64,000 nucleotides of DNA from a virus. Lineage: Duplodnaviria; Caudoviricetes. The notes under the pieces were generated by a model. It did not search any database. It worked only from the letters and a program-made list of their open reading frames with translations, and was not told the origin of the DNA. The stretch is from the IMG/VR virus record IMGVR_UViG_3300032896_000431, positions 1,157 through 65,156 of that record; one strand, 5' to 3'. Positions 1-8,933 of the stretch are shown here, piece by piece; the first letter of the stretch is position 1, and every line of letters starts with the position of its first letter. The translations under genes and the position numbers were made by a program.

Positions 1-2
1 GA

Positions 3-461
3 CCGGTCTGCATTGCGCGCAACACTTTGGGCACCGGCGTCCCATATCGTGATGTCTGGTTGTCGCCCGACCATGCGGTCCTCATCAATGACGTGCTGAT
101 TCCGGTCAAGCACCTCATCAACGGCGAGTCGATTTATCAGGTGAGCGTAGGAAGAGTGGTTTACTACCACTTAGAATTGGCGCACCACGATGTGGTGCTA
201 GCAAATGGGCTGCCCTCGGAATCCTATCTCGATGTCGGCGATCGTAGGAAATTCTCGACGTCTCATAATGTTGTCGACCTATTTCCTGACCTTTCGGCTC
301 GGACTGTGGCGCCGGCCCTCTTTTGGGAGGCGTACGGCTGTGCGCCGTTGGTCGTGACGGGTCCAGAGGTTCTGTCGGCACGCCAGCTCGTTGATCGCAT
401 TGCAGCATCGGGGAGACACGGAACTTTTGCCAGTGCATCTCGGCTACCGAGCCGCGCCTAA
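3..461 (+). CDS. Hint (Hint_2) domain protein, C-terminal part (truncated by window start)
   Basis: Frame is open from the window edge: PVCIARNTLGTGVPYRDVWLSPDHAV...YYHLELAHHDVVLANGLPSESYLD, the typical alphaproteobacterial Hint_2 signature. Confidence 0.85.
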   Translation, partial: PVCIARNTLGTGVPYRDVWLSPDHAVLINDVLIPVKHLINGESIYQVSVGRVVYYHLELAHHDVVLANGLPSESYLDVGDRRKFSTSHNVVDLFPDLSARTVAPALFWEAYGCAPLVVTGPEVLSARQLVDRIAASGRHGTFASASRLPSRA

Positions 462-704
462 CAAATGAGCAACGCGGTGAAGGTGGCTACCTCGCTGGCC
501 CGGACAGACACACGCTGCCCAAAAATCAGCTAATATCGTCGCATCAGTCCGGCGCAGTGCCTTCGGAGGATCTCGTCAGCGCTTCAGATGCAGGCGCGCC
601 GGCCGCGCGTACCGGGCTACGGGAAGCTATCTCTGCCGCATGCATGGATGCCAATCCAGACGTCGATTTCCTCGACCGGCTGATTCGGGCCTGGGGCGCC
701 TCCC

Positions 705-1196
705 TCAAGCCGTATGGGCATGCTCCGGCTCCTCCCCCATAGTGGTTGCCTCGTCATACCAGCGGACCACCCACCGAATGCCGAGGCGGGAGAGGCCGTC
801 CATGATACGCCACAGGAAGGCGACGTGCGCTGGGAACGGCAGGCCGGCCTGCGCAAGCGCGCTGCCGGCGTAGCCCTCCGGCGAGCGGTAGCGGAGCAAC
901 GCCACGGGGTCGGCTGGCGGGCGACGCAGGCGGGCCAGCGGCTCGAGCACCAGGCTGGCCTGGGCGCGGATCAGATCGTCCAGGTTCTTGAGTCCGTCGC
1001 TGGCGGACTTGGGGACGGCGTTGCGCCCGGCCTCCCAATGTTGGACGGTGCGCAGGGCGGCGCCGAGGATCTGGCCGGCCTCCTGCTGCGTCAGGCCGCA
1101 AGCCTGGCGCAGCGTTATGAACTCGGCGACCGGCATGCGGTACACCGGGCGGCGGTGGACCTGGCGGGCGGCCGGGGCGGCGTCGATATCGGTCAC
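705..1196 (-). CDS. DUF1870/YdiL/Aca2-like HTH regulator
   Basis: GTG start overlaps the upstream stop (GTGA). EFITLRQACGLTQQEAGQILGAALRTVQHWEAGRNAVP HTH followed by an LLRYRSPEGY C-terminal motif resembling Aca2/DUF1870. Confidence 0.7.
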   Translation of the reverse strand: MTDIDAAPAARQVHRRPVYRMPVAEFITLRQACGLTQQEAGQILGAALRTVQHWEAGRNAVPKSASDGLKNLDDLIRAQASLVLEPLARLRRPPADPVALLRYRSPEGYAGSALAQAGLPFPAHVAFLWRIMDGLSRLGIRWVVRWYDEATTMGEEPEHAHTA

Positions 1197-1549
1197 GGCG
1201 CCAACTCCTCGCTCTCCTCCGGCTCGACCTCGACGCCGTACTCCGGGCGGCGGTCGTTGCAGGCGCACGACCATTGATCGGTCCAGGCGCCACCGCAACG
1301 GGGACATTTGTAGAAATTGACGAAACGGCAGGGGTTGCCGTCGCCGTCGGTGGGGTCCGGGTCCGGCAAACCGGGGCGCAGATCGACATGGACGGCAGTG
1401 CCGACAGAGAAACCGCCGTCGCGCTCCGGCACGTCGAACGATGTGGCGGTGCTGTTGGGGCTGCGCTGGATGTCCAGGGCCTTGCGGGCGGCTTGGTTGT
1501 GGCAATCGGCTTCCAGGTCGATTTCCCAGGTGACGCGATAGAGCGGCAT
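1193..1549 (-). CDS. Small acidic hypothetical protein with CxxC/CxC motifs
   Basis: MPLYRVTWEIDLEAD...YKCPRCGGAWTDQWSCAC; translationally coupled within the operon. Confidence 0.65.
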   Translation of the reverse strand: MPLYRVTWEIDLEADCHNQAARKALDIQRSPNSTATSFDVPERDGGFSVGTAVHVDLRPGLPDPDPTDGDGNPCRFVNFYKCPRCGGAWTDQWSCACNDRRPEYGVEVEPEESEELAP

Positions 1550-1551
1550 GG

Positions 1552-1839
1552 TCAGATCCTTTTCTCGGCTTCGTTGGCGATGTGGCCGCGGCACAGGAAC
1601 ACGACGGCCCAATCAATCGGCTCGGCCGGGCCGGTGCCCGATTCGGCGGCGGCGTTCAGGCCGGCGACGTAGGCGGCGGTGTGGGAGGCGGCGATGACGT
1701 GGGCGACGAAGGTCTTGGCCTCGATGTCCTGCACGCGGCCGGCGCGGGAGTCGTCTGGCACCAACACGACGGTAAACGGGGCGGGCGGCAACGCCAGCGC
1801 GGCCTGGCGCCGGCGTCTGGGCCTGTGGAGCATCGACAT
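1552..1839 (-). CDS. Small hypothetical protein
   Basis: GAGGAGG RBS upstream; tight operon spacing. Confidence 0.6.
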   Translation of the reverse strand: MSMLHRPRRRRQAALALPPAPFTVVLVPDDSRAGRVQDIEAKTFVAHVIAASHTAAYVAGLNAAAESGTGPAEPIDWAVVFLCRGHIANEAEKRI

Positions 1840-1849
1840 GGGCGCCTCC

Positions 1850-3709
1850 TCAGAACAGGGTCGGCTGCTCGATGCGGCGCGGCGGGCGCGGGGTGGCGGT
1901 GAACGACGCGACAGGCGGTGACGCCGCGGGTGCCTTGCGGGCGTCGATCACCAGCAGCAATGCGGAGACGCCTGTGCCCTGGTCGGCGAACGTGTCGGCG
2001 GGCAGCCCTTCGGCCTTGTTGGCGATCGGCAGGAAGGCGGCGCGCTGGCGGGGGCCGTTGGCGCAGAGCGCGACCAGCCGGCCGCCGGGTTTCAGGAACG
2101 TCAGGGCGTGCCGGATGTGCTTGATGTCAGCGCCGTGGTCGAACGGCGGGTTCATCACCACGCGGTCGAACAGGCTGACCGGATCGCCGGGCGGCAGGGC
2201 GTAGGCGAGGAAGTCGTCATTGCGGATCGCAACGCGGCCGAGCGGGAAGTTCTGCCGGAGACGTTCAGCCAGTTCGGGGTTGACCTCGATCGCGCAGACC
2301 TCGCAGCGCGGCTCGCCGTCAACGATGGCCCGCAACAGGCTGCCGGTGCCGGCCGACGGCTCGAGTACCTGATGGCCGGACTGGATGTCGGCCAGTTCCA
2401 CCATGCGGGCGGCGAGGTCGGGCGGGGTGGGGAACAGGCTGGGGACCGCCGCGACCTTGATGCCGTCGCGCAACGTGGTGCGCATGGCGGCGATGTCGGT
2501 TGGCTCGGAGTCGGGCTGGCCCGGCGTATGCGCAACCTGGACCTGATCGAGCAGGACGAAGCCGATGCCATCGCCGGTGTCGCGCAGGCGCCCGGCGGCG
2601 CGGGACTCGGCGACTTCTGCCGCGGACATGACGGCGCGGAGCTTGTCGAACGGGATGGTGCGAGTGAAGTTCTTGCCCCCGTTGCGCCAGTTGTCCTCTA
2701 CTGTGACGGAAGTCCGGTTGACCTTGCGGATGGTGGACCATCCGTGCGGGCCGGGCGGGGAGCACCAGCATTGGCAGCCCCCGCCCGGTTCGGGCCTTAC
2801 CTGATCGGCGGCAGTGCCGCCGGCCTCCGCGAGCATGGCGCGCTCGTAAGCGAGGCGGTTGGCGATGTGGGCCAGCCAGCGGTCGCAGTGGGCCATGACG
2901 CGCGGATAGTGGTCGCGGGCGGCGTCCAGGACCTGCGCGACGGTCCAGGCGGGGCAGCGCGCATAACGTTTGTCGTCGGGCTGCAGCACGTCGTAGGCCG
3001 ACCACCAGTTGGCCGGGCTGTGATCCTGGCGGATGGCGTACAGGTGGCCAGCCTCGGTGCAGCCGGCGATGCGGCGGGCGCGCGTGAGTTGCGCGTCGGG
3101 TTCGTTGTCCAGGCCGGCGACGCCTTCCCAGAGTTTCAGCCCCTCCTCGGCCTTGTCCTTGGCGCGCTGCTGGCGGCGTTGCTCCGCTTCCAGGGCCTTG
3201 ATGCGGCGGGCGCGGACGTCGGGCCGTTCCTTGTATTTGGCGGCACGGATCGCGCCCTCGGCGCGGGCCTGCCAGTAGCCGGCGGTTTCCCACAGGCGGA
3301 CGGCGCGGCGCATACCGGCCTGGATGCGCTCGGCATCCTTGCGGGCGCGGCGTTCGGAGTGATGGCCGACCAAGATGGGCTGGCCGAGCGGGATGTTGTC
3401 GGCGATGGCGGCAACCGCGGCGCGGGCGGCGCCGGCGTCAGCGGTTCGCCGATCAGCGTAATCGTCGAAACGGTCTGCGCGTTGCTCGGCGCGTTCGACG
3501 AGACTGGTATCCTCGTCGTCGATCTGGCCGGCGAGTTCCAGCAGCAGATCTTCCCGGGCCGGAGTCCAGGTGGGGGCGACCCAAAGCTGTTGCTTGGGTG
3601 CCCAGATGAAGCCGGCAGCCTTGACCTCGTCGCAGGTTTCCGGGTCCAGCCGGGCGGTGGAGTACAGCCGGAGCTTGTTGTCGTCCGGACTGTACGTTGC
3701 GGTGATCAC
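1850..3709 (-). CDS. DUF3560 domain fused to a SAM-dependent amino (N6-adenine-type) DNA methyltransferase
   Basis: TATYSPDDNKLRLY...IPLGQPILVGHHSERRARKDAERI (DUF3560); VLEPSAGTGSL motif I and VVMNPPF motif IV; AAGGA RBS before GTG at 3709. Confidence 0.85.
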   Translation of the reverse strand: MITATYSPDDNKLRLYSTARLDPETCDEVKAAGFIWAPKQQLWVAPTWTPAREDLLLELAGQIDDEDTSLVERAEQRADRFDDYADRRTADAGAARAAVAAIADNIPLGQPILVGHHSERRARKDAERIQAGMRRAVRLWETAGYWQARAEGAIRAAKYKERPDVRARRIKALEAEQRRQQRAKDKAEEGLKLWEGVAGLDNEPDAQLTRARRIAGCTEAGHLYAIRQDHSPANWWSAYDVLQPDDKRYARCPAWTVAQVLDAARDHYPRVMAHCDRWLAHIANRLAYERAMLAEAGGTAADQVRPEPGGGCQCWCSPPGPHGWSTIRKVNRTSVTVEDNWRNGGKNFTRTIPFDKLRAVMSAAEVAESRAAGRLRDTGDGIGFVLLDQVQVAHTPGQPDSEPTDIAAMRTTLRDGIKVAAVPSLFPTPPDLAARMVELADIQSGHQVLEPSAGTGSLLRAIVDGEPRCEVCAIEVNPELAERLRQNFPLGRVAIRNDDFLAYALPPGDPVSLFDRVVMNPPFDHGADIKHIRHALTFLKPGGRLVALCANGPRQRAAFLPIANKAEGLPADTFADQGTGVSALLLVIDARKAPAASPPVASFTATPRPPRRIEQPTLF

Positions 3710-3782
3710 GGGGTTATCCTTTCGGGCGATGCCGCGGCACCTGACGGGCGTTTTGCCCTGGTGCCCCGGTATCGGGTGGGGG

Positions 3783-3986
3783 TCAGGCGGCCTTTTTCGC
3801 CATGACGTTGAGCGAGTAGCTGAGGGCGATGCCCTTGGGGCCTGGGATGGGCAGTGGGCCGCTGGTCGATCCGACCAGTTTCGTCTTGCCCGATCCCGAG
3901 GGCGGTGCCGCGTCAAGCGCGGCCTTGCCGATCCCCACGGTGATGATGAGCTTGTCGCCCTCAATGCGGTGTTCGACATTGTGCAT
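3783..3986 (-). CDS. Small basic phage hypothetical protein
   Basis: MHNVEHRIEGDKLIITV...PSGSGKTKLVGSTSG; AAGGGGA RBS. Confidence 0.7.
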   Translation of the reverse strand: MHNVEHRIEGDKLIITVGIGKAALDAAPPSGSGKTKLVGSTSGPLPIPGPKGIALSYSLNVMAKKAA

Positions 3987-4077
3987 CGTCGGTCCCCTTG
4001 CTCTGCGCCGGCGGAATTGCCGATCGCATAGGGAGCGGCCGGCGTTTTAGCGGCGGTTCCCAATGCGGTCGGTTCGC

Positions 4078-4800
4078 TCACGCGTACTCCGGCTCGGGGA
4101 CGGTGATTTCGCCGGCTGGGGTGTATTCCAGGGTGAAGTCGGGGGCCGGTTGGTTGGCGGCGGCCTTGCGGGCGGTGGCTGCGGCTTGTTTGACCTTCCG
4201 CTCGCGCGCGGCCTCGGTCAGCGCATCGCCGCTCAGGCCGGCGAGTTCGGGGCACTCGGCGAGGATTTCGGCGCGGTGTTTGGCCTGGCGCTCGGCGGCG
4301 GTGCGGATGTCGCCCTCCGGGTCCAACGGCCCGATTTCGGCGTACTCGGGACCGGTCGGCAGGATGCCGCCGGGCCAGAACTGCGCCCGGGGGAAGTTTA
4401 CGTCGCGCGGCGAGACCGATGTGCGGCCGAAGGTCCGGCAGGACGTCCAGCCGGCAGGCAGGCGGGCGTGCATAGAGAGGTCCGGGTTGAGATACCAGCG
4501 CGGTCCGAAAGCATCGGCGGCGGCCTGGCGGGCGGCGGTGAAGGCGGGCGCGAAGTCATCCCAGCCCTTGTAGCTGCGACCGCCCAGCAGCCTGGGACGG
4601 GCGGGGCGAGCGGCAACTTCGGCGGCACGGAAGGCACGGGCGAGCTGACCCTGGTCGTATCGCGACAGGCTGGTGATCTGGCCAAGCACGGCGGCGAGTG
4701 CCGGCGAGGCGGCGGGCCAGGGGCCAGGCGTTGGCACGGGCGAACGGGCGCGGAGGGCGGCGGGTGGCTCGATGCCGAACATCATGGGTTGCTCGATCAT
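4078..4800 (-). CDS. Hypothetical protein
   Basis: AGGAGA RBS; ATGA overlap with the upstream gene. Confidence 0.65.
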   Translation of the reverse strand: MIEQPMMFGIEPPAALRARSPVPTPGPWPAASPALAAVLGQITSLSRYDQGQLARAFRAAEVAARPARPRLLGGRSYKGWDDFAPAFTAARQAAADAFGPRWYLNPDLSMHARLPAGWTSCRTFGRTSVSPRDVNFPRAQFWPGGILPTGPEYAEIGPLDPEGDIRTAAERQAKHRAEILAECPELAGLSGDALTEAARERKVKQAAATARKAAANQPAPDFTLEYTPAGEITVPEPEYA

Positions 4801-5249
4801 TGGGCGATCTCCTGCGGTGCGGGGTGAAGGGTGCCGACGTAGGGCAGTTCCCTGCCGGACATGATGGCGTCGCGCTGGGTGCGGCCGGTGAGGCGCACAA
4901 CCGCGCCACCGACGCGGATTTCCTGCTTGCCGCGTTCCCAGGTCATTGCGGCGGCGTCATCAAGGTCGAGATAGGCGATCACGCTGCGGCCGCGTTTGGC
5001 GACGGCCTGCATGATGGCGCGCATCGACGTTGCCTCGCTGTAGCAGAGCAAGGCGCGGTCGCCGTCGGGACGGGCGATCTCGACTTCGTACATCGTCCGG
5101 CGGTTGCGTAGGCATTCCAGGCGGCGGAGTTGCTCCTCCGACAGGGGTGGCGGGGGCGTGAACACGCGGGCGGTGGCAACCTCGCGCATTGGGCAGGGAT
5201 TGCGGGGCGGCGGCGGTGCGATGGCCCGGCAAAGGTCCAACAGGTCCAT
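4797..5249 (-). CDS. Hypothetical protein
   Basis: GGAGG RBS before ATG at 5249 (MDLLDLCRAIAP...). Confidence 0.6.
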   Translation of the reverse strand: MDLLDLCRAIAPPPPRNPCPMREVATARVFTPPPPLSEEQLRRLECLRNRRTMYEVEIARPDGDRALLCYSEATSMRAIMQAVAKRGRSVIAYLDLDDAAAMTWERGKQEIRVGGAVVRLTGRTQRDAIMSGRELPYVGTLHPAPQEIAQ

Positions 5250-5262
5250 GGCTGGCCTCCGA

Positions 5263-5532
5263 TCAGTGCTGCGAGTGTTCACCGGCCAACCGCGTGCGGA
5301 TGCGTGCCGCTTGCTCGCGGCGATCGGCAGCAAGGGCTGCGCGGTACAGCACGATCTCGTGGCCGTACACGCAGCCGCGGTGGGTGGTGTCGATGATCGC
5401 GAGGTTGCGGGCGATGGCGGGTGCCCATTGCAGGTCCTCGAAGCGGAAGCAGCCGGGCGGCTGCTGGGTCTGGGCATGGGCGGCTGTGCCAAGCCAGAGA
5501 ATGGCGGCGAAGGCGGCTATGGTGCGGCGCAT
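5263..5532 (-). CDS. Small secreted protein, first gene of early operon 1
   Basis: Signal peptide MRRTIAAFAAILWLGTAAHA; GGGAGA RBS. Confidence 0.65.
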   Translation of the reverse strand: MRRTIAAFAAILWLGTAAHAQTQQPPGCFRFEDLQWAPAIARNLAIIDTTHRGCVYGHEIVLYRAALAADRREQAARIRTRLAGEHSQH

Positions 5533-5544
5533 TGGTGATGTCTC

Positions 5545-5577
5545 CCATATCAATCAATCATCTGTAGATTGATATGG
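5545..5577. promoter_or_regulatory. Perfect 11-bp inverted repeat (candidate operator or 5'UTR hairpin)
   Basis: CCATATCAATC-N11-GATTGATATGG between the -10 box and the RBS. Confidence 0.6.
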
Positions 5578-5581
5578 TCGT

Positions 5582-5610
5582 ATATTACGAGCAAAACCGA
5601 GGGTTGTCCA
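5582..5610 (-). promoter_or_regulatory. sigma70-like promoter of early operon 1
   Basis: TGGACA-17 bp-TAATAT on the minus strand with an AT-rich element upstream. Confidence 0.65.
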
Positions 5611-5812
5611 GGAATATTTTTCCACACGCAAGTATGCCGACCGGCGGCTGTTCTCGCGTGGTGCTGTGGTATCCGGGGAATGGTAGTGGGTCAGCGTGAA
5701 TCTCGGCTTTCGACCCAAGCCCGTCGCTGGGTGCGATCCGAACCAACATCAAAAACAGACATTCGCAGAGTTCGACAAACGCCGCGCTGCGCGGTTGGCA
5801 ACTCGATCGCTC

Positions 5813-6751
5813 CTATAATAAAAACTCTTCTCTGATAACTAACCCGTAGACGTCCCTGCCGCTGCGCGTATGACCCGATTTCACAAAGCCGAGGGTTTCA
5901 AGCCAGGCGCGTCTGCGCGGATCAGCAGCGGGCGCCAGGACCTCGACGCCCTGGCGAAGTAGTCCACACAGCCTCAAATGGCTAAACGCCGCGCGGCCAA
6001 CAAATCCCAGGCTCGTGGTAACACCAGGTTTCAGCGCGACACTAATTAGCAAAGCATAGGGTGCAGACCGAGGATCCTGCAATTCCCCATCAGCGAGGTT
6101 ATATGCGACCACCTCACCATTCTTATATTTTGCAGCCACCTCCGCTGAAACTCCGAGGACAGCACAGATGCCTGAGGGTTCACCTTGCTGGCGACCGCTG
6201 ACTTGAGGCGAGAACCGAAGCCACCGTCGATTCTCAACCGGTGGAGGTTTAAGCAGCATCAGCGACGTAGGCTGGAGCCGGTGCCACGTGAAGATGGCGT
6301 GGATTTGGTCAGCCGGGGTTGCATTCCCTCCGAGAAAACTCGGTCGACGATGCGACTGTATCAACTCCTGATGGAGGCGCGAGAACACTAGCCTATCCTC
6401 CGGCCGTTGAACGAGTTCATATTCGGACGACTCTAACGGCTGAAGCACCAAGTTGAGAACTTCGGCCATCGTCTTGGCCTTCAACGGACCTGCACCAGGC
6501 ATCGAATGGGATGGGTCACTCGCACGGCGCGCCAGATAAATTTCGCCACCTAAGATCATCGTAAGCATAGCTAGCAAGGCGATTTTGAGAGATGATGACC
6601 AATCTGCAAGCCCGAGTTGGGTTCCGAATATTTCGAGAATCAGGGCGATGGCCGAACATATCAACTCCACGGTCAGTACAAGCCGATGATGCAGGGCGGC
6701 GAAGCCGCTAACTGCATAAAAGAACCTATCGACTGCGGCGATCATTCTCAT
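5813..6751 (-). CDS. 2-TM membrane protein with possible GNAT-like C-terminal domain
   Basis: Two N-terminal hydrophobic helices; VEVLAPAADPRRRAWLETLGFVKSG resembles GNAT motif B. Confidence 0.55.
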   Translation of the reverse strand: MRMIAAVDRFFYAVSGFAALHHRLVLTVELICSAIALILEIFGTQLGLADWSSSLKIALLAMLTMILGGEIYLARRASDPSHSMPGAGPLKAKTMAEVLNLVLQPLESSEYELVQRPEDRLVFSRLHQELIQSHRRPSFLGGNATPADQIHAIFTWHRLQPTSLMLLKPPPVENRRWLRFSPQVSGRQQGEPSGICAVLGVSAEVAAKYKNGEVVAYNLADGELQDPRSAPYALLISVALKPGVTTSLGFVGRAAFSHLRLCGLLRQGVEVLAPAADPRRRAWLETLGFVKSGHTRSGRDVYGLVIREEFLL

Positions 6752-6790
6752 GCAGGTACCAACCAACAGCGCCAGAGGTTCTTCAGTCGG

Positions 6791-7861
6791 CTAACGTCTC
6801 TGATTCGTACTAGTCGCCAACTCAGCCCATCTACTGAGCACAAAGTCACGTTGGGCTGCGTCTAATAATTGATGACCATACGTCCGCATCCCCGCCTCGA
6901 CGACCTTTTGGCCAAGAAACTTCCGGATGACCTGATCAATCCACCGAGGTGGGTCCTGTCTAGATGATAAGATACGGGACAAGATACTCAAATATACGGC
7001 CGCGATGCCTGGGACATCCCCGCACCGCCGCAGTCCATCCTTGATGTGGATAGATCTAAATATCAGCGGAAAATCGACCCATCTTCCTGTATTATCATCA
7101 AAATTCAACCTCGAGAAGTCCGAAGACGACACGATCCCGATCAAAAGAGATACATATGACGAAGCTGCGCGCGGTGACAGCAACCGAGCCTTAAAAGCTT
7201 CTTGGAGCGCCAGATCGATATACGACTGCCCTTGTAAGCGCCGCTCCGGACCAAGACCCTCAGATCCATTTTCGCCATCTTCAGAATGATCAGGGTCTTG
7301 CGATGCCGAAACAGGCGCCCCAATTTCGTCGGCAGTATATCGAACGTCCTTGTAAGGTTCTAGATGAGTGGTTGATGCCCTCCCTCCCCCTAGCGCTACG
7401 AAGTTCGACTCGACTAACAGCGGTGCAATGTCTGCCGGGACTCTTGGCTCCTGTTTGCGCGATATATAGATTCCGATCCCATGAAAATTCTGATGATCCT
7501 CATACACCTCAGCAGCGGCCCTACTGGAAAAAGAGAAGCCTTCAATTCTGCGAATTCGTCCACCCCTTCCCACCCTATTGACCTGCAGCTCACCTGTAAC
7601 TATGGCGCATTTGAAGTAATATGTATTCGCAAACATAGTGCTCCTTATCTTCTGAAGCCCCCGAAGCAACGCTGAGAGATCCTCGACATTGAAGACGGCA
7701 CTGTCGCTCAGCACATAACACTGACTGCTATCTCCGAGTTCATTCGCCAAGGCAGATACCTGGTTTAAGAATAAACCAAGCGCATCCGCGAGCCTCTCGG
7801 GCGGAAGCAGTGCACGCTGACGAGTCCCTATCAGGTCAAGGAATGCGACCCAGTTTGGCAT
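6791..7861 (-). CDS. Class III nucleotidyl cyclase-like protein
   Basis: WVAFLDLIG and YVLSDSAV supply the two metal-binding Asp; FKCAIVTGEL and AAAEVYED...IGIYIS follow cyclase-fold spacing. Confidence 0.65.
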   Translation of the reverse strand: MPNWVAFLDLIGTRQRALLPPERLADALGLFLNQVSALANELGDSSQCYVLSDSAVFNVEDLSALLRGLQKIRSTMFANTYYFKCAIVTGELQVNRVGRGGRIRRIEGFSFSSRAAAEVYEDHQNFHGIGIYISRKQEPRVPADIAPLLVESNFVALGGGRASTTHLEPYKDVRYTADEIGAPVSASQDPDHSEDGENGSEGLGPERRLQGQSYIDLALQEAFKARLLSPRAASSYVSLLIGIVSSSDFSRLNFDDNTGRWVDFPLIFRSIHIKDGLRRCGDVPGIAAVYLSILSRILSSRQDPPRWIDQVIRKFLGQKVVEAGMRTYGHQLLDAAQRDFVLSRWAELATSTNQRR

Positions 7862-7874
7862 GCCAACTCTCCCC

Positions 7875-8933
7875 TCACCCGGCGGCGACAAAGAATCGAA
7901 CCGGCGTAATAAAGTTGTCCGTGACTAGCCGCCGAAAATTCGGGGGCAGCTTGTCAGGCGGAAAGATCGCGACGGCACGCGAGGTCCATCGTCGCCGCTG
8001 AAATAGTGCCATGACCTGCCTGACGTCCCTCGATAACCTAGGCACCTCCCTTGGACGAATGAGGACGTAACTGCCCGGCGATGGATGCTTCGTCAATTCC
8101 TCCGCAATGGCCTTTGCGCTCAGCTGCCCCCCTATAAGTCTCCGCGATCGTAGGTTACGGATCGCGGCCTCTCTCGTCGGAAGAAAGGACGAGAGGCTCG
8201 TGGTGACGAATCGATCCCACATGCGAATTGCTTCGCCAAATGGATCGCGTCGAGCCTCTGCTCGCCCGAGCGACGTGAAGCTAACATATCTTGAATCTGG
8301 CAGCAGATCACCGTAGGGCGTTCTGCAGACGCGAGTTCCACTGAGCGCCGTGCCGTAGTCAGCAAGGGCGAACTCGACCTTGCGACGATAAAGCCCCTCG
8401 CGCGTCAATGCCTCGATCGCGGGTCTAAGCACGTCCATCATGCACTCAGAATTAGCAATGCTCATCTCCAAAATCAGATCGAGAACCAAGTCCGAGACCC
8501 TACGCTCAAATGTGCCGCTGCGCGCACCTCGCAAGCCGATGGACGCTTGTATCCAGGTGTCTCCCTCGGGACGCCACCCCGTGTCGTCCTTGGCAGAGTA
8601 CGCGACCACGAAACCCAGCTGGTTCGGGTCGGGTAATGGCTCGAGTGGGATGCGCGGCTCGGTAGCATAAATCGATACCCGAGCGACCCCAGCCGGCAGC
8701 TGTCGGAGATAATAGGCGGGGGTATCTAGCGCCGGGTCATCCGGCACGATTACATTCCTCGTTTCGAGATGAAAGGAGTGAGGCTGAAGGCCAGTCCACA
8801 GCCGAATCCTCTCAAGCTCCTCTGCGAGATTGCGTCGGCAAAAGACTACAACGTCGGCCAGCGGCGGAAGTTGGGGCTCCAAGCCCCGAACGAGCATCAC
8901 GTAACGGTGGTTCGAGAGGTCGGGCGGCGCCAT
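7875..8933 (-). CDS. Hypothetical protein, first gene of the cyclase operon
   Basis: 352-aa ORF with GGAGG RBS and lower GC; no family recognised. Confidence 0.7.
   Translation of the reverse strand: MAPPDLSNHRYVMLVRGLEPQLPPLADVVVFCRRNLAEELERIRLWTGLQPHSFHLETRNVIVPDDPALDTPAYYLRQLPAGVARVSIYATEPRIPLEPLPDPNQLGFVVAYSAKDDTGWRPEGDTWIQASIGLRGARSGTFERRVSDLVLDLILEMSIANSECMMDVLRPAIEALTREGLYRRKVEFALADYGTALSGTRVCRTPYGDLLPDSRYVSFTSLGRAEARRDPFGEAIRMWDRFVTTSLSSFLPTREAAIRNLRSRRLIGGQLSAKAIAEELTKHPSPGSYVLIRPREVPRLSRDVRQVMALFQRRRWTSRAVAIFPPDKLPPNFRRLVTDNFITPVRFFVAAG

Noticed and set aside
495-525. Possible TIR right end after the Hint gene (CAGACACACGCTGCCC)
   Set aside because: The match is too short and gapped to distinguish from chance.
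1850-4255. 801-aa ORF as called in the track
   Set aside because: The N-terminal 182 codons overlap two better genes; the RBS and DUF3560 similarity start at GTG 3709.
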